Origin: a virus
Lineage: Duplodnaviria; Caudoviricetes
Strand: one strand, 5' to 3'
DNA: 45,458 bases
Virus record (IMG/VR): IMGVR_UViG_3300032239_001406
Span: 1-45,458 of that record
Positions 29,445 to 37,610 of this stretch are shown in pieces. A program made the translations under genes and the position numbers. Under the pieces are notes generated by a model that saw nothing but the letters and a program-made list of their open reading frames with translations, searched no databases and was not told the origin of the DNA. Numbering within the stretch: the first letter of the stretch is position 1; every line of letters starts with the position of its first letter.

Positions 29445-29753
29445 ATGCCAACAAATTCAGTACATACAGGTTCATTCGTTATGAGTTTTAAAAACACGTA
29501 CATCGTTTATGAAAACGAAATACGTTGTAATATAACTGAAAATGAATTTAACTTATCACAAAACCCAACTATAGGTTCAGGTAGTGGTAATTACATTCTA
29601 CCTTTTGCTACTGGATCTTCATTTAGACCTTATGTAACAACAGTAGGTATTTATAATGAAGTAAATGAATTATTACTAGTAGGAAAGTTATCACAACCTA
29701 TTCCTATTTCAAACATGGTTGATACTACTTTTATAATAAAGTACGATACCTAA
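29445..29753 (+). CDS. Stand-alone tail-collar-like domain, paralogous to the C-terminus of 25284-26405
   Basis: EFNLSQNPT...PYVTTVGIYNEVNELLLVGKLSQPIP. Confidence 0.8.
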   Translation: MPTNSVHTGSFVMSFKNTYIVYENEIRCNITENEFNLSQNPTIGSGSGNYILPFATGSSFRPYVTTVGIYNEVNELLLVGKLSQPIPISNMVDTTFIIKYDT

Positions 29754-29763
29754 AATAAATTTT

Positions 29764-30222
29764 ATGTCAAATTGGTTATACAATGACGATGGCTCTAAAA
29801 TAGCTATCGCTGAAGATTTTTCAACAGATGAATATGGTTTTATCTATAAAATAACTAACCTAGAAACAGGTAAATATTATATAGGCAAAAAAGCATTTTT
29901 TCATAATAAGAAAAAAAAACTTACTAAAAAAGAAATTGCTGAACAAACAGGACCCGGCCGTAAAGCAACTACTCGAGTAGATCAAGTAGATAGTGGATGG
30001 AAATCATATTGGGGTTCATCTAAAGAATTACTCGCTGATGTAAAAAAATTAGGCGATGATAAATTTGAGCGATTAATACTTAAGTTCGCTAAAACAAAAA
30101 AACAACTTACATATTACGAATTAGAAAGTCAAATATTGCATAATGCCTTATTTGATAGTACTTCATATAACGATAACATTCTTGGAAAGTTTTTCAAGAA
30201 AGACTTTGTTACCACAGAATAA
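29764..30222 (+). CDS. GIY-YIG-like nuclease
   Basis: GFIYKITNLETGKYYIGKK...WKSYWGSS...YN. Confidence 0.75.
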   Translation: MSNWLYNDDGSKIAIAEDFSTDEYGFIYKITNLETGKYYIGKKAFFHNKKKKLTKKEIAEQTGPGRKATTRVDQVDSGWKSYWGSSKELLADVKKLGDDKFERLILKFAKTKKQLTYYELESQILHNALFDSTSYNDNILGKFFKKDFVTTE

Positions 30223-30235
30223 TTTCGTATATTGA
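30205..30235 (+). promoter_or_regulatory. Host-sigma-type promoter for the primase
   Basis: TTTGTTACC at 30205, 19-nt spacer, TCG-TATATTGA at 30228. Confidence 0.6.
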
Positions 30236-30239
30236 GATT

Positions 30240-31178
30240 ATGGTTAATTCAATACTTGTTGGACTGTTAGATAGCGTAATAGGAAAAGGTTCTCCTACCG
30301 CTAGAGGTAACTATGCTTATAAATGTCCGTTCTGTACTCACCATAAAAAGAAATTAGAAATAAACATGGTGCCCAATGCTAAAGGAGAAAACCCATGGCA
30401 TTGTTGGGTATGCGATGCTAAAGGAAAAACATTAGTAGGTTTATTTAAAAAAATTAAGGTTGATAAAGAAAAAATATTTGAATTAAAATCAGCACTTGGT
30501 TTTTCAGAAAAACGTAAAGACGATAAGGAAGAAATAATTAAAATTGAATTACCTAAGGAATTTATCTCAATGTATGAGGCAAATCCTAAAAGTATAATGG
30601 CTAAACATGCTGCTTTATACCTTAAAAATAGAGGAATAAAGAAAGAAGACATTATTAAATATAATATTGGTTATTGCGAATCAGGTCGTTATGCTAATAT
30701 GGTTATAATTCCCTCCTATAATGAGAATGGTGGTTTAGAATATTTTGTAGGACGTAGTTTTGAAAAAGAACCTAGAAAAAAATTTGATGCACCCCATTCA
30801 AACAAAAACACACTTATTGGTTTTGCTAATTTAATAAATTGGAATGTACCTGTTATTTTATGTGAAGGTCCATTCGATGCAATATCAATTAAACGAAATG
30901 CTATCCCGTTATTTGGTAAGAATGTTTCTAAAAAATTAATGCAGAAACTTGTTACAAATGATGTTAAAAAAGTCTATATCGCACTTGATAAAGACGCTAT
31001 AAAGAATACTCTAAAATTATCCGAGGAAATTATGAATTCTGGAAAGGAAGTGTATATAGTAGAATTAGAAGATAAAGACCCCAGTGAAATGGGTTTTGAA
31101 AATTTTACTAAATTGATTCAAACATCAGTTCCACTTACTTTTTCATCATTCTTTTCTCTCAAACTAGCACAAGCATGA
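30240..31178 (+). CDS. DNA primase (DnaG-like, Zn finger plus TOPRIM)
   Basis: CPFC...HCWVC, YLKNRGI, YFVGRSF, CEGPFDA, ALDKDA, KDPSE. Confidence 0.9.
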   Translation: MVNSILVGLLDSVIGKGSPTARGNYAYKCPFCTHHKKKLEINMVPNAKGENPWHCWVCDAKGKTLVGLFKKIKVDKEKIFELKSALGFSEKRKDDKEEIIKIELPKEFISMYEANPKSIMAKHAALYLKNRGIKKEDIIKYNIGYCESGRYANMVIIPSYNENGGLEYFVGRSFEKEPRKKFDAPHSNKNTLIGFANLINWNVPVILCEGPFDAISIKRNAIPLFGKNVSKKLMQKLVTNDVKKVYIALDKDAIKNTLKLSEEIMNSGKEVYIVELEDKDPSEMGFENFTKLIQTSVPLTFSSFFSLKLAQA

Positions 31179-31954
31179 TAGAAAAAAATTCTAACATTAT
31201 TCATGACCCAAAAATTAAAAGGGTTGTTGAATACACACAAGACAACAAACAAGTAAATGTATTAGACCAACGTTTTTACAGACGTAATGGTAAGTACTAT
31301 CCATCTGTAACGTCTATTTTAAATTTCTTTCCTAAAAATCAATTTTTCCATAACTGGTTAAAAGATGTAGGACATAACAGCGAGATTATTGCCAACAAAG
31401 CAGCAAACGAAGGTACTCAAGTACATAACGCACTTGAAGCATTTTTACTTGGTGAAGAATTAGAATGGATTAATCCTGATGGAAGTGCTAGATATAATTT
31501 AGAAGTTTGGAAAATGATTTTACGCTTTGCTGATTTTTGGAACACATATAAGCCTGAATTAGTAACAACTGAATATCATTTATTCTCAGACGAACATTGT
31601 TATGCTGGAACAACAGATATTATTTGTCGTTTTCAAGATAAATTATGGTTATTAGATATTAAAACATCAAATTCAATTCATACTTCATACAATCTACAAT
31701 TAGCTGCGTATGCTAAAGCATGGAACGAAACTCATAACGAGCATATTGAGGAAACCGGAATTATATGGTTAAAAGCATCCACTAGAGGCGCTTCTAAGGA
31801 TAAAATCCAAGGAAACGGCTGGCAACTTAAAAACTGTGGTAACATTGATGATAATTTTAAAATGTTTTTAAACATATACGACATTTATAAATTAGAAAAT
31901 CCCGATCCTAAACCTATGACTGAATCATTACCAACAACTATTAAGATAATTTAA
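31175..31954 (+). CDS. PD-(D/E)xK exonuclease (lambda exo/Cas4-like fold)
   Basis: YPSVTSIL, GTQVH, E..L, YAGTTDII, LLDIKTS, QLAAY. Confidence 0.85.
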   Translation: MIEKNSNIIHDPKIKRVVEYTQDNKQVNVLDQRFYRRNGKYYPSVTSILNFFPKNQFFHNWLKDVGHNSEIIANKAANEGTQVHNALEAFLLGEELEWINPDGSARYNLEVWKMILRFADFWNTYKPELVTTEYHLFSDEHCYAGTTDIICRFQDKLWLLDIKTSNSIHTSYNLQLAAYAKAWNETHNEHIEETGIIWLKASTRGASKDKIQGNGWQLKNCGNIDDNFKMFLNIYDIYKLENPDPKPMTESLPTTIKII

Positions 31955-31956
31955 AC

Positions 31957-31964
31957 ATATTTAT
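31957..31964 (+). promoter_or_regulatory. Putative late promoter ATATTTAT
   Basis: Intergenic, before GTG 31969. Confidence 0.55.
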
Positions 31965-31968
31965 TTAT

Positions 31969-32673
31969 GTGAATAATAATCAATTTACAATAGTAATTCC
32001 TTGTAAAAACGAAGGCATAAACATATACGATTGTTTAGGATTTATTTGCAAGCAAAGAGAAATTAAAAATACCAAAGTTATTATTGCTGATAGTTCAGAT
32101 GATGAAGAATCATTACACTGGTTATATAAATCTCAAATAGATTACAAATATTCTATTAAGATAGAAATTATTAAAGGGGGGTATCCAGCTAAAGCGCGCC
32201 TTGAAGGTTCGAAATTAGTGGATACCCCTTATATACTATTTTTAGATGCTGATATAATGTTATTAGCTAAAAATGTATTAGATATTATATCTGATTTTAA
32301 AGGAGATTTACTAACAGTTCCCTTTATAACTGAAAAAGGATGGAATTGGGTATTTCGTTTATTTGATTTATTTCAAAATTTAAGTATAAAATTAGGAACA
32401 CCATTTGCCGTTGGTGGTTTTCAATATTGGAACACTCAAAAATATTGGGAATTAGGTGGATATAAAGAAGATGAATTATTTGCCGAAGATTATTCTTTAT
32501 CTTCTAAAGTTAAACCCAATAAATTTTTTATTCACAGAACAAAAGGTGTATTTACATCAGCAAGACGCTTTAAGAAAAAAGGCATTGGTTATATGTTTTG
32601 GATTATGATTAAAAGTTATATTAATAGAAATAATCCAGAATTTTTTAAACAACATTACAATTATTGGAAATGA
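31969..32673 (+). CDS. Glycosyltransferase family 2
   Basis: TIVIPCKNEG, IIADSSDD, ILFLDAD, GGYKE..AEDY, TSARRF. Confidence 0.9.
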   Translation: MNNNQFTIVIPCKNEGINIYDCLGFICKQREIKNTKVIIADSSDDEESLHWLYKSQIDYKYSIKIEIIKGGYPAKARLEGSKLVDTPYILFLDADIMLLAKNVLDIISDFKGDLLTVPFITEKGWNWVFRLFDLFQNLSIKLGTPFAVGGFQYWNTQKYWELGGYKEDELFAEDYSLSSKVKPNKFFIHRTKGVFTSARRFKKKGIGYMFWIMIKSYINRNNPEFFKQHYNYWK

Positions 32674-33410
32674 GATATCAATCCATTATAGTTTCAGATT
32701 TACATTTAGGAACTAAAGATTCTAAAGCAGAAGAATTTATAGATTTTTTAGAAAAACATCCCACTGATTTATTAATATTAAATGGAGATATTGTTGATGG
32801 GTGGGCTTTAAATAGAGGAACAAAATGGAAAAAACAACATACAAAAGTTATTTCTAAGTTATTAAGGTTATCAAATACAACACAAATAATTTGGATAAGA
32901 GGAAATCATGACGAATTTATACAAGACTTTATCGGAACCCATTTGGGGTCAATTGAAATTAGAGAAGATTATATTATCAATACAAAAATTTGGGTGGAGA
33001 ATGATGTATATAGGAATGAAAATTATTATGTTTTTCATGGAGATGTTGTGGATGTTTTTATAACCAAATATAAATGGTTATCTAAAATTGGAGCAGTTGG
33101 ATACGACTTTGCGTTATGGCTTAATAGAGTTTATAACACATATCGCAAATGGAGAAATTTACCATACCAATCTATATCACAAAAAATAAAAGGTGGTGTA
33201 AAAGCAGCAACTAATTATATAAATGATTTTGAAACAACCGCACTATCAATGGCTCATAAGAAAGGATGTAATGGAGTTATTTGTGGACACATACATCAGC
33301 CTGAGGATAGAATAATTAATGGTAAACGATATTTAAATAGTGGTGATTGGGTTGAAAACATGAGTGCCATTCTTATTGATAATAACGGCCATATTTGCCT
33401 ATATAAATAA
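32670..33410 (+). CDS. Metallophosphoesterase, LpxH2/PlcP-like (UDP-2,3-diacylglucosamine hydrolase family)
   Basis: SDLHLG, NGDIVDGW, RGNHD, HGD, CGHIH, NSGDWVE; ATGA-coupled to the GT2 gene. Confidence 0.85.
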   Translation: MRYQSIIVSDLHLGTKDSKAEEFIDFLEKHPTDLLILNGDIVDGWALNRGTKWKKQHTKVISKLLRLSNTTQIIWIRGNHDEFIQDFIGTHLGSIEIREDYIINTKIWVENDVYRNENYYVFHGDVVDVFITKYKWLSKIGAVGYDFALWLNRVYNTYRKWRNLPYQSISQKIKGGVKAATNYINDFETTALSMAHKKGCNGVICGHIHQPEDRIINGKRYLNSGDWVENMSAILIDNNGHICLYK

Positions 33411-33420
33411 GTGATTTTGC

Positions 33421-33471
33421 ATATTTATTGGTGTATCTCCTTGGGAGATCACCAATTTTTATTTATCTTCA
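33421..33471 (+). promoter_or_regulatory. Composite element: ATATTTAT, a hairpin with T tract, and a weak host-type promoter
   Basis: ATATTTAT 33421-33428; ATTGGTG-T-ATCTCC-TTG-GGAGAT-CACCAAT 33427-33456 then TTTT; CTTG(33440)-N20-TATCTTCA(33464). Confidence 0.6.
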
Positions 33472-33477
33472 CGCATC

Positions 33478-34218
33478 ATGAAACTAAAAGTAATTAAGGA
33501 AGCACCAAAAGATTTAAAAGCAGTATTAATTGCTGGTCCATCTAATGCAGGCAAGTCGCAATTTGTTAAATCGGTTATTCCTACTGAATATCAAAAATAT
33601 GTTTTAAATCCTGATAAATTTTACGAACCCGAATTAGCTAAAGTTGGTCAAGGTTCTATGGATATGAAGGATTTTACACCTGATCAACTATCAGCAGCCG
33701 CTAAAGCTCAGGCACAAGCGGTAAAACAATATAGATCTGAATTAGAAAAAGCAATTGGTGAAAAACCAGTTATTTTAGATATTACGGGTGGTAGCTATAA
33801 AAAAGTAGCAGAAACTAAAGCAAAATTAGAAAATCAAGGATATGATGTAATGATGATTTTATTATATGCATCTCCATATACCACTTTATCTCGTAACCTT
33901 AAAAGAGATAGATCATTAGACCCAGGTATTGTGTTACGTAATTGGGAGGATGTAATCAAAAATGCTGAACAATACGAACAACTTTTTGGTGCTGATAATT
34001 TTGCTTTTATAGATAATGACCCTGAGGGTGCTAATAAAAGTTTTGATTTAGCTGATGTTGAATCACTATTTGAAAAATCTAAAATTTGGGCTCTAATTTC
34101 TGATGAAGATAAATTAAAAATAGAAGCACGTATTAAAGAACTTATAGATAGAACTGAAGATGCTAATTTTGTAGCATTTGATGAATTAGCAACCAAATTA
34201 AAAGGATTTTTAAAGTAA
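33478..34218 (+). CDS. P-loop kinase (zeta-toxin/AAA_33-like)
   Basis: IAGPSNAGKS, LNPDKFYE, VILDITG, LSRNLKRDR. Confidence 0.8.
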   Translation: MKLKVIKEAPKDLKAVLIAGPSNAGKSQFVKSVIPTEYQKYVLNPDKFYEPELAKVGQGSMDMKDFTPDQLSAAAKAQAQAVKQYRSELEKAIGEKPVILDITGGSYKKVAETKAKLENQGYDVMMILLYASPYTTLSRNLKRDRSLDPGIVLRNWEDVIKNAEQYEQLFGADNFAFIDNDPEGANKSFDLADVESLFEKSKIWALISDEDKLKIEARIKELIDRTEDANFVAFDELATKLKGFLK

Positions 34219-35117
34219 TGGCTAATATATATTTTGACATGGATGGGGTATTAGTTGACTACTTTGGTGGATTAAAAGATACTGCTAAAAAATTAGGTGT
34301 AGCTGAGGATGATAATAAAGCTATTTGGGATGAAATTAATAAAAATCCTGTTGAATGGTGGGCTAACTTAAATCCAATTCCCGATGGCATGAAATTATTT
34401 AATGCTGTAAAATCTAAAGAACCATCTATATTATCTTCAGCAGGTGCTAAACAAGAAACAAAACAAGGTAAATTAGCTTGGCTAAAAAAGAATGGTTTAT
34501 CTCCTTATTTAAAAGAAATTGTATTTGTAAATAATAAATCAGCAAAAAAGAAGTATGCTCAGGATGGTGACATATTAATTGATGATAGAAAAGATAATGT
34601 TGCTGATTGGGAAATGGCTGGTGGACACGGATATGTATTTAATAATAATTCAGGACAAATCTTACAAAAATTAAAATCTGTGAAAGAAAATTATTGGAAA
34701 AATTATTTAAGTAAAAAACGTTTACAAGAAAATATTCTTAAAGAGTATACCCCCGACTTTTTATTTACCTTAAAAGATTTTGTAAATTTTGCTTCCCAAC
34801 AACTTGGGTTAGATGATGTTCCCAAAATTCAAGTTTTAAATTCTTCTAGATTTACTAAAGCTAATAAAAGTTTTGGCGGATATGTTCCCGAAACTAATAA
34901 AATTTCTATTGTAATTAGAGGAAGAAATTTAGCTGATATATTAAGAACATTAGGTCATGAACTAGTTCATGCTAAACAAATGAAAGAAAAAAAATTATCT
35001 CCACATTCCGGCGAAACAGGTTCTCCTGTAGAAAATGAAGCAAATGCTAAAGCAGGTATATTAATGAGAGATTATGGTAAGAAAAACCCCAAAATTTACA
35101 ACCAAATAGAGTTATGA
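34218..35117 (+). CDS. HAD 5'(3')-deoxyribonucleotidase-like domain fused to a HExxH zinc metallopeptidase-like domain
   Basis: IYFDMDGVL, ILSS, GK..W, LIDDR; then SFGGY, LRTLGHELVH, ENEANA. Confidence 0.8.
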   Translation: MANIYFDMDGVLVDYFGGLKDTAKKLGVAEDDNKAIWDEINKNPVEWWANLNPIPDGMKLFNAVKSKEPSILSSAGAKQETKQGKLAWLKKNGLSPYLKEIVFVNNKSAKKKYAQDGDILIDDRKDNVADWEMAGGHGYVFNNNSGQILQKLKSVKENYWKNYLSKKRLQENILKEYTPDFLFTLKDFVNFASQQLGLDDVPKIQVLNSSRFTKANKSFGGYVPETNKISIVIRGRNLADILRTLGHELVHAKQMKEKKLSPHSGETGSPVENEANAKAGILMRDYGKKNPKIYNQIEL

Positions 35118-35629
35118 TAAATTTAAAAGAATTAATTGAAGAAGAAGGCATAACATCATATCAAATTTATTGCGATATGGATGGTGTTATTGCTGATTTT
35201 GAAGCACGTTTTGATCATTTTTTCGGAATGTCTCCAAGTGAGTATGAAGCTAAAAACGGCCGAAGAGCATTTTGGAATCAAATTGATAACAATATAGGAG
35301 TTAGTTTTTGGGTTGGTATCCCTTGGATGCCAGACGGACATCAACTTTGGGATTATATTAAAAAATATAACCCAATTTTATTATCATCACCATCAACATC
35401 AGAATCAAGCCGTATAGGTAAACACTTATGGGTAAAAAAATATTTACCTGGTACTAAATTGATTTTAGCGTTTCCTGATAAAAAAGCAAACTATTCGGGT
35501 GAAGGAAAAATATTAATAGATGATAGATTAGAACCAAATATCGAAATGTGGAGAAGTAAAGGAGGAATTGGTATCCATCACACAAGTGCCAGCGACACTA
35601 TTTCGCAACTTAAAGAATTAGGTTTATGA
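35114..35629 (+). CDS. HAD 5'(3')-deoxyribonucleotidase-like protein (paralog of the previous gene)
   Basis: IYCDMDGVIADF, ILLSSP, GKHLW, ILIDDR, WRSKGGIGI. Confidence 0.85.
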   Translation: MINLKELIEEEGITSYQIYCDMDGVIADFEARFDHFFGMSPSEYEAKNGRRAFWNQIDNNIGVSFWVGIPWMPDGHQLWDYIKKYNPILLSSPSTSESSRIGKHLWVKKYLPGTKLILAFPDKKANYSGEGKILIDDRLEPNIEMWRSKGGIGIHHTSASDTISQLKELGL

Positions 35630-36198
35630 GTGAATCACAATTAAAAAGAGAATTCTCTCAACGCGATGTAAAGCGTATGAGGGATTTGATTACCGGAAAC
35701 TTTGGTGATAGAACACAAGTTCAGGTAGGTTATGAAAAACAAAGCCAAGATCATCAAGAAGGTGATGTGTGGGAAGTTGATGGTAAAGTTTGGACTATTA
35801 AAAACGGTATCAAGCAAACAGTTACTAAGTATGATAACTTAAAACGCATGGTTACCATGCCTTTAACTTGTCCTAATTGTGGCCGTCATATGAAAGTACA
35901 TGAATACAATAAAAAGATGTGGGCAATCCATAAAACATGTTTTGATTGTGTAATTGAATACGAAACTAAGTTACGTCAAGAAGGTAAATTTGAAGCATAC
36001 CAAAAGAACATAATGAATTTAAATAAAGACGCTTTATTGGATGAAACGTTAGAAGCTATTGATGATTGGGCAAGCATAACAAGCACATTCGTTAATGAAG
36101 CTGGTGATGTTGAATCTTGGGGTGGTGGTGCCGTTAGTGTAGAAGAAGTACAAACTTTAAAAGAACAAATTAAAGAATTAAAGAAACGATCTGTTTAG
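35626..36198 (+). CDS. Zn-binding hypothetical protein
   Basis: EGDVWE..GKVWTIKNGIKQ, CPNC...CFDC. Confidence 0.7.
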   Translation: MSESQLKREFSQRDVKRMRDLITGNFGDRTQVQVGYEKQSQDHQEGDVWEVDGKVWTIKNGIKQTVTKYDNLKRMVTMPLTCPNCGRHMKVHEYNKKMWAIHKTCFDCVIEYETKLRQEGKFEAYQKNIMNLNKDALLDETLEAIDDWASITSTFVNEAGDVESWGGGAVSVEEVQTLKEQIKELKKRSV

Positions 36199-36199
36199 A

Positions 36200-36207
36200 A
36201 TATTTAT
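36200..36207 (+). promoter_or_regulatory. Putative late promoter ATATTTAT
   Basis: Intergenic, 4 nt before ATG 36212. Confidence 0.6.
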
Positions 36208-36211
36208 TGCC

Positions 36212-36505
36212 ATGAACGATAATATTTACACTGTTTTGATGACTGTTATTACAGTATTAGGTAGCGCTGCGGCTTTTCGTTTTTATGAAAAAAAATCAAT
36301 GCGCAAAGAACGTGATGATGAATTTATTCGTCATGACTGTAAAGATAGAATATCTAAACTAGAAGCATTACTTGAACGTTCAGCAGCCGAAAAAGATGAG
36401 TTACGAATTATGGTATTAGGACTTACTAAAGAAGTGGCAGCTTTAACTGTTAAGGTTGAATTCTTAACTGCCGAAAATAATAAACTCGAAAGAGCATTAA
36501 GATAA
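36212..36505 (+). CDS. Membrane-anchored coiled-coil protein (spanin- or holin-like?)
   Basis: N-terminal transmembrane segment TVLMTVITVLGSAAAF, then a leucine heptad. Confidence 0.6.
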   Translation: MNDNIYTVLMTVITVLGSAAAFRFYEKKSMRKERDDEFIRHDCKDRISKLEALLERSAAEKDELRIMVLGLTKEVAALTVKVEFLTAENNKLERALR

Positions 36506-36529
36506 TTAAATAATTTAAATATTTTTCAT

Positions 36530-36537
36530 ATATTTAT
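36530..36537 (+). promoter_or_regulatory. Putative late promoter ATATTTAT
   Basis: Intergenic, upstream of 36568. Confidence 0.7.
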
Positions 36538-36567
36538 ATAGAGATAATTCTATTTAAAATATATAAT

Positions 36568-37230
36568 ATGCCCTATACATCAGTCGGTAAATGCGTTTAC
36601 AAAAAAGCAGAAGACGGTAAACGTGGCGAAAAAGTAGGATGCACAAAAGGTGCAATTAAAGACTACTTAGCCGCATTATACGCTTCAGATAAAAACGAAG
36701 CAAAATTAGCACACAAAGAAATTAAAGAAGCACTTCAAGGTGACGTTGACCCAACAACATCTGCTCTTAATATTGATGATCAATTAGGTACATTCTTTAT
36801 AGTACAAAAACCAACAAAAGATTCAACTGTTGAAAATATAGTAGCTGAAGGTGATTTATTTACCGCTGCTAATATGTTTAAGCGTGGTTTAGATTTTGAT
36901 AATGTGTTTGGTTTGTATAAAACTGCTGAAAAGGCTCAAAAAGTTGGTGAATCATTAATTAAAGAAATGAGAAACCAGATGAGAGAAAATCTTAAATTAG
37001 GTGAAGATAAAGTATCTGAACTTCAACAAGAAATTGATGATACTAAAGTAGAAATTGAACATCATATTCAATCAGCTATGACTGAACCTGGTACTCGTGA
37101 TGCACGTTTTGCTGATGCTGAAAGATTATTAGATGATCTTAAAGTAAAAGAAGCTATGTTAGCTAAATTAAAGGGTGCATTGGAAACAGAAGTAAAAAAA
37201 TTAGACGAAGCAGAAAAAACTAAAAAATAA
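36568..37230 (+). CDS. Hypothetical protein with small N-terminal Cys domain and coiled coil
   Basis: MPY..GKCVYKK..KVGC..YLAALYA, helical C-terminus. Confidence 0.7.
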   Translation: MPYTSVGKCVYKKAEDGKRGEKVGCTKGAIKDYLAALYASDKNEAKLAHKEIKEALQGDVDPTTSALNIDDQLGTFFIVQKPTKDSTVENIVAEGDLFTAANMFKRGLDFDNVFGLYKTAEKAQKVGESLIKEMRNQMRENLKLGEDKVSELQQEIDDTKVEIEHHIQSAMTEPGTRDARFADAERLLDDLKVKEAMLAKLKGALETEVKKLDEAEKTKK

Positions 37231-37610
37231 TGAATCCATTAGCTGCATTTCTTTCAATATTGTTTGAAGCAAGAAAACAAGCACATATCTATCATTTACA
37301 AGTTAAAGGATTAGGTTCATATGCCGCTCACAAAGCGTTAAATGAATTCTATGATGAACTTTTAGAATTAATTGATGGTTTAGCTGAATCATCTCAAGGA
37401 AAATATGGTATAATCACTGGTTATACAAATGCTTTTGAAGTAAAGGATCTTAATAATATTCAAGATGCTTTATTATTTATTCAAGAATTAGCTATTATAG
37501 TTGAAACAGAAAGAACAACAATTCCTCAAGATACGTACATTCAAAATCAAATAGATGAGATTGTACAATTATTATATTCAACTGTTTATAAGCTTCAAAA
37601 CTTACAATAA
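37230..37610 (+). CDS. Ferritin/Dps-like four-helix protein
   Basis: HIYHLQVKG..SYAAHKALNEFYDELLELIDGLAE...QNQIDEI...YKL. Confidence 0.75.
   Translation: MNPLAAFLSILFEARKQAHIYHLQVKGLGSYAAHKALNEFYDELLELIDGLAESSQGKYGIITGYTNAFEVKDLNNIQDALLFIQELAIIVETERTTIPQDTYIQNQIDEIVQLLYSTVYKLQNLQ

Noticed and set aside
29424-29447. Stop-codon readthrough joining the in-frame ORFs 26409 and 29445
   Set aside because: The junction reads TAA ATT TAA TAT TTA TAA TAA ATG, four in-frame stops
29764-30222. Intron-encoded homing endonuclease
   Set aside because: Flanking genes are intact and the gaps are only 10-17 nt, leaving no room for a group I intron core
31175-31954. CRISPR-Cas (Cas4-like nuclease; HD domain at 7807 as Cas3-like)
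   Set aside because: No repeat-spacer array or other cas genes; the nuclease is coupled to primase as in ordinary phage replication modules
33478-34218. Classical epsilon-zeta toxin-antitoxin pair
   Set aside because: No small upstream antitoxin ORF; the neighbours are phosphatases
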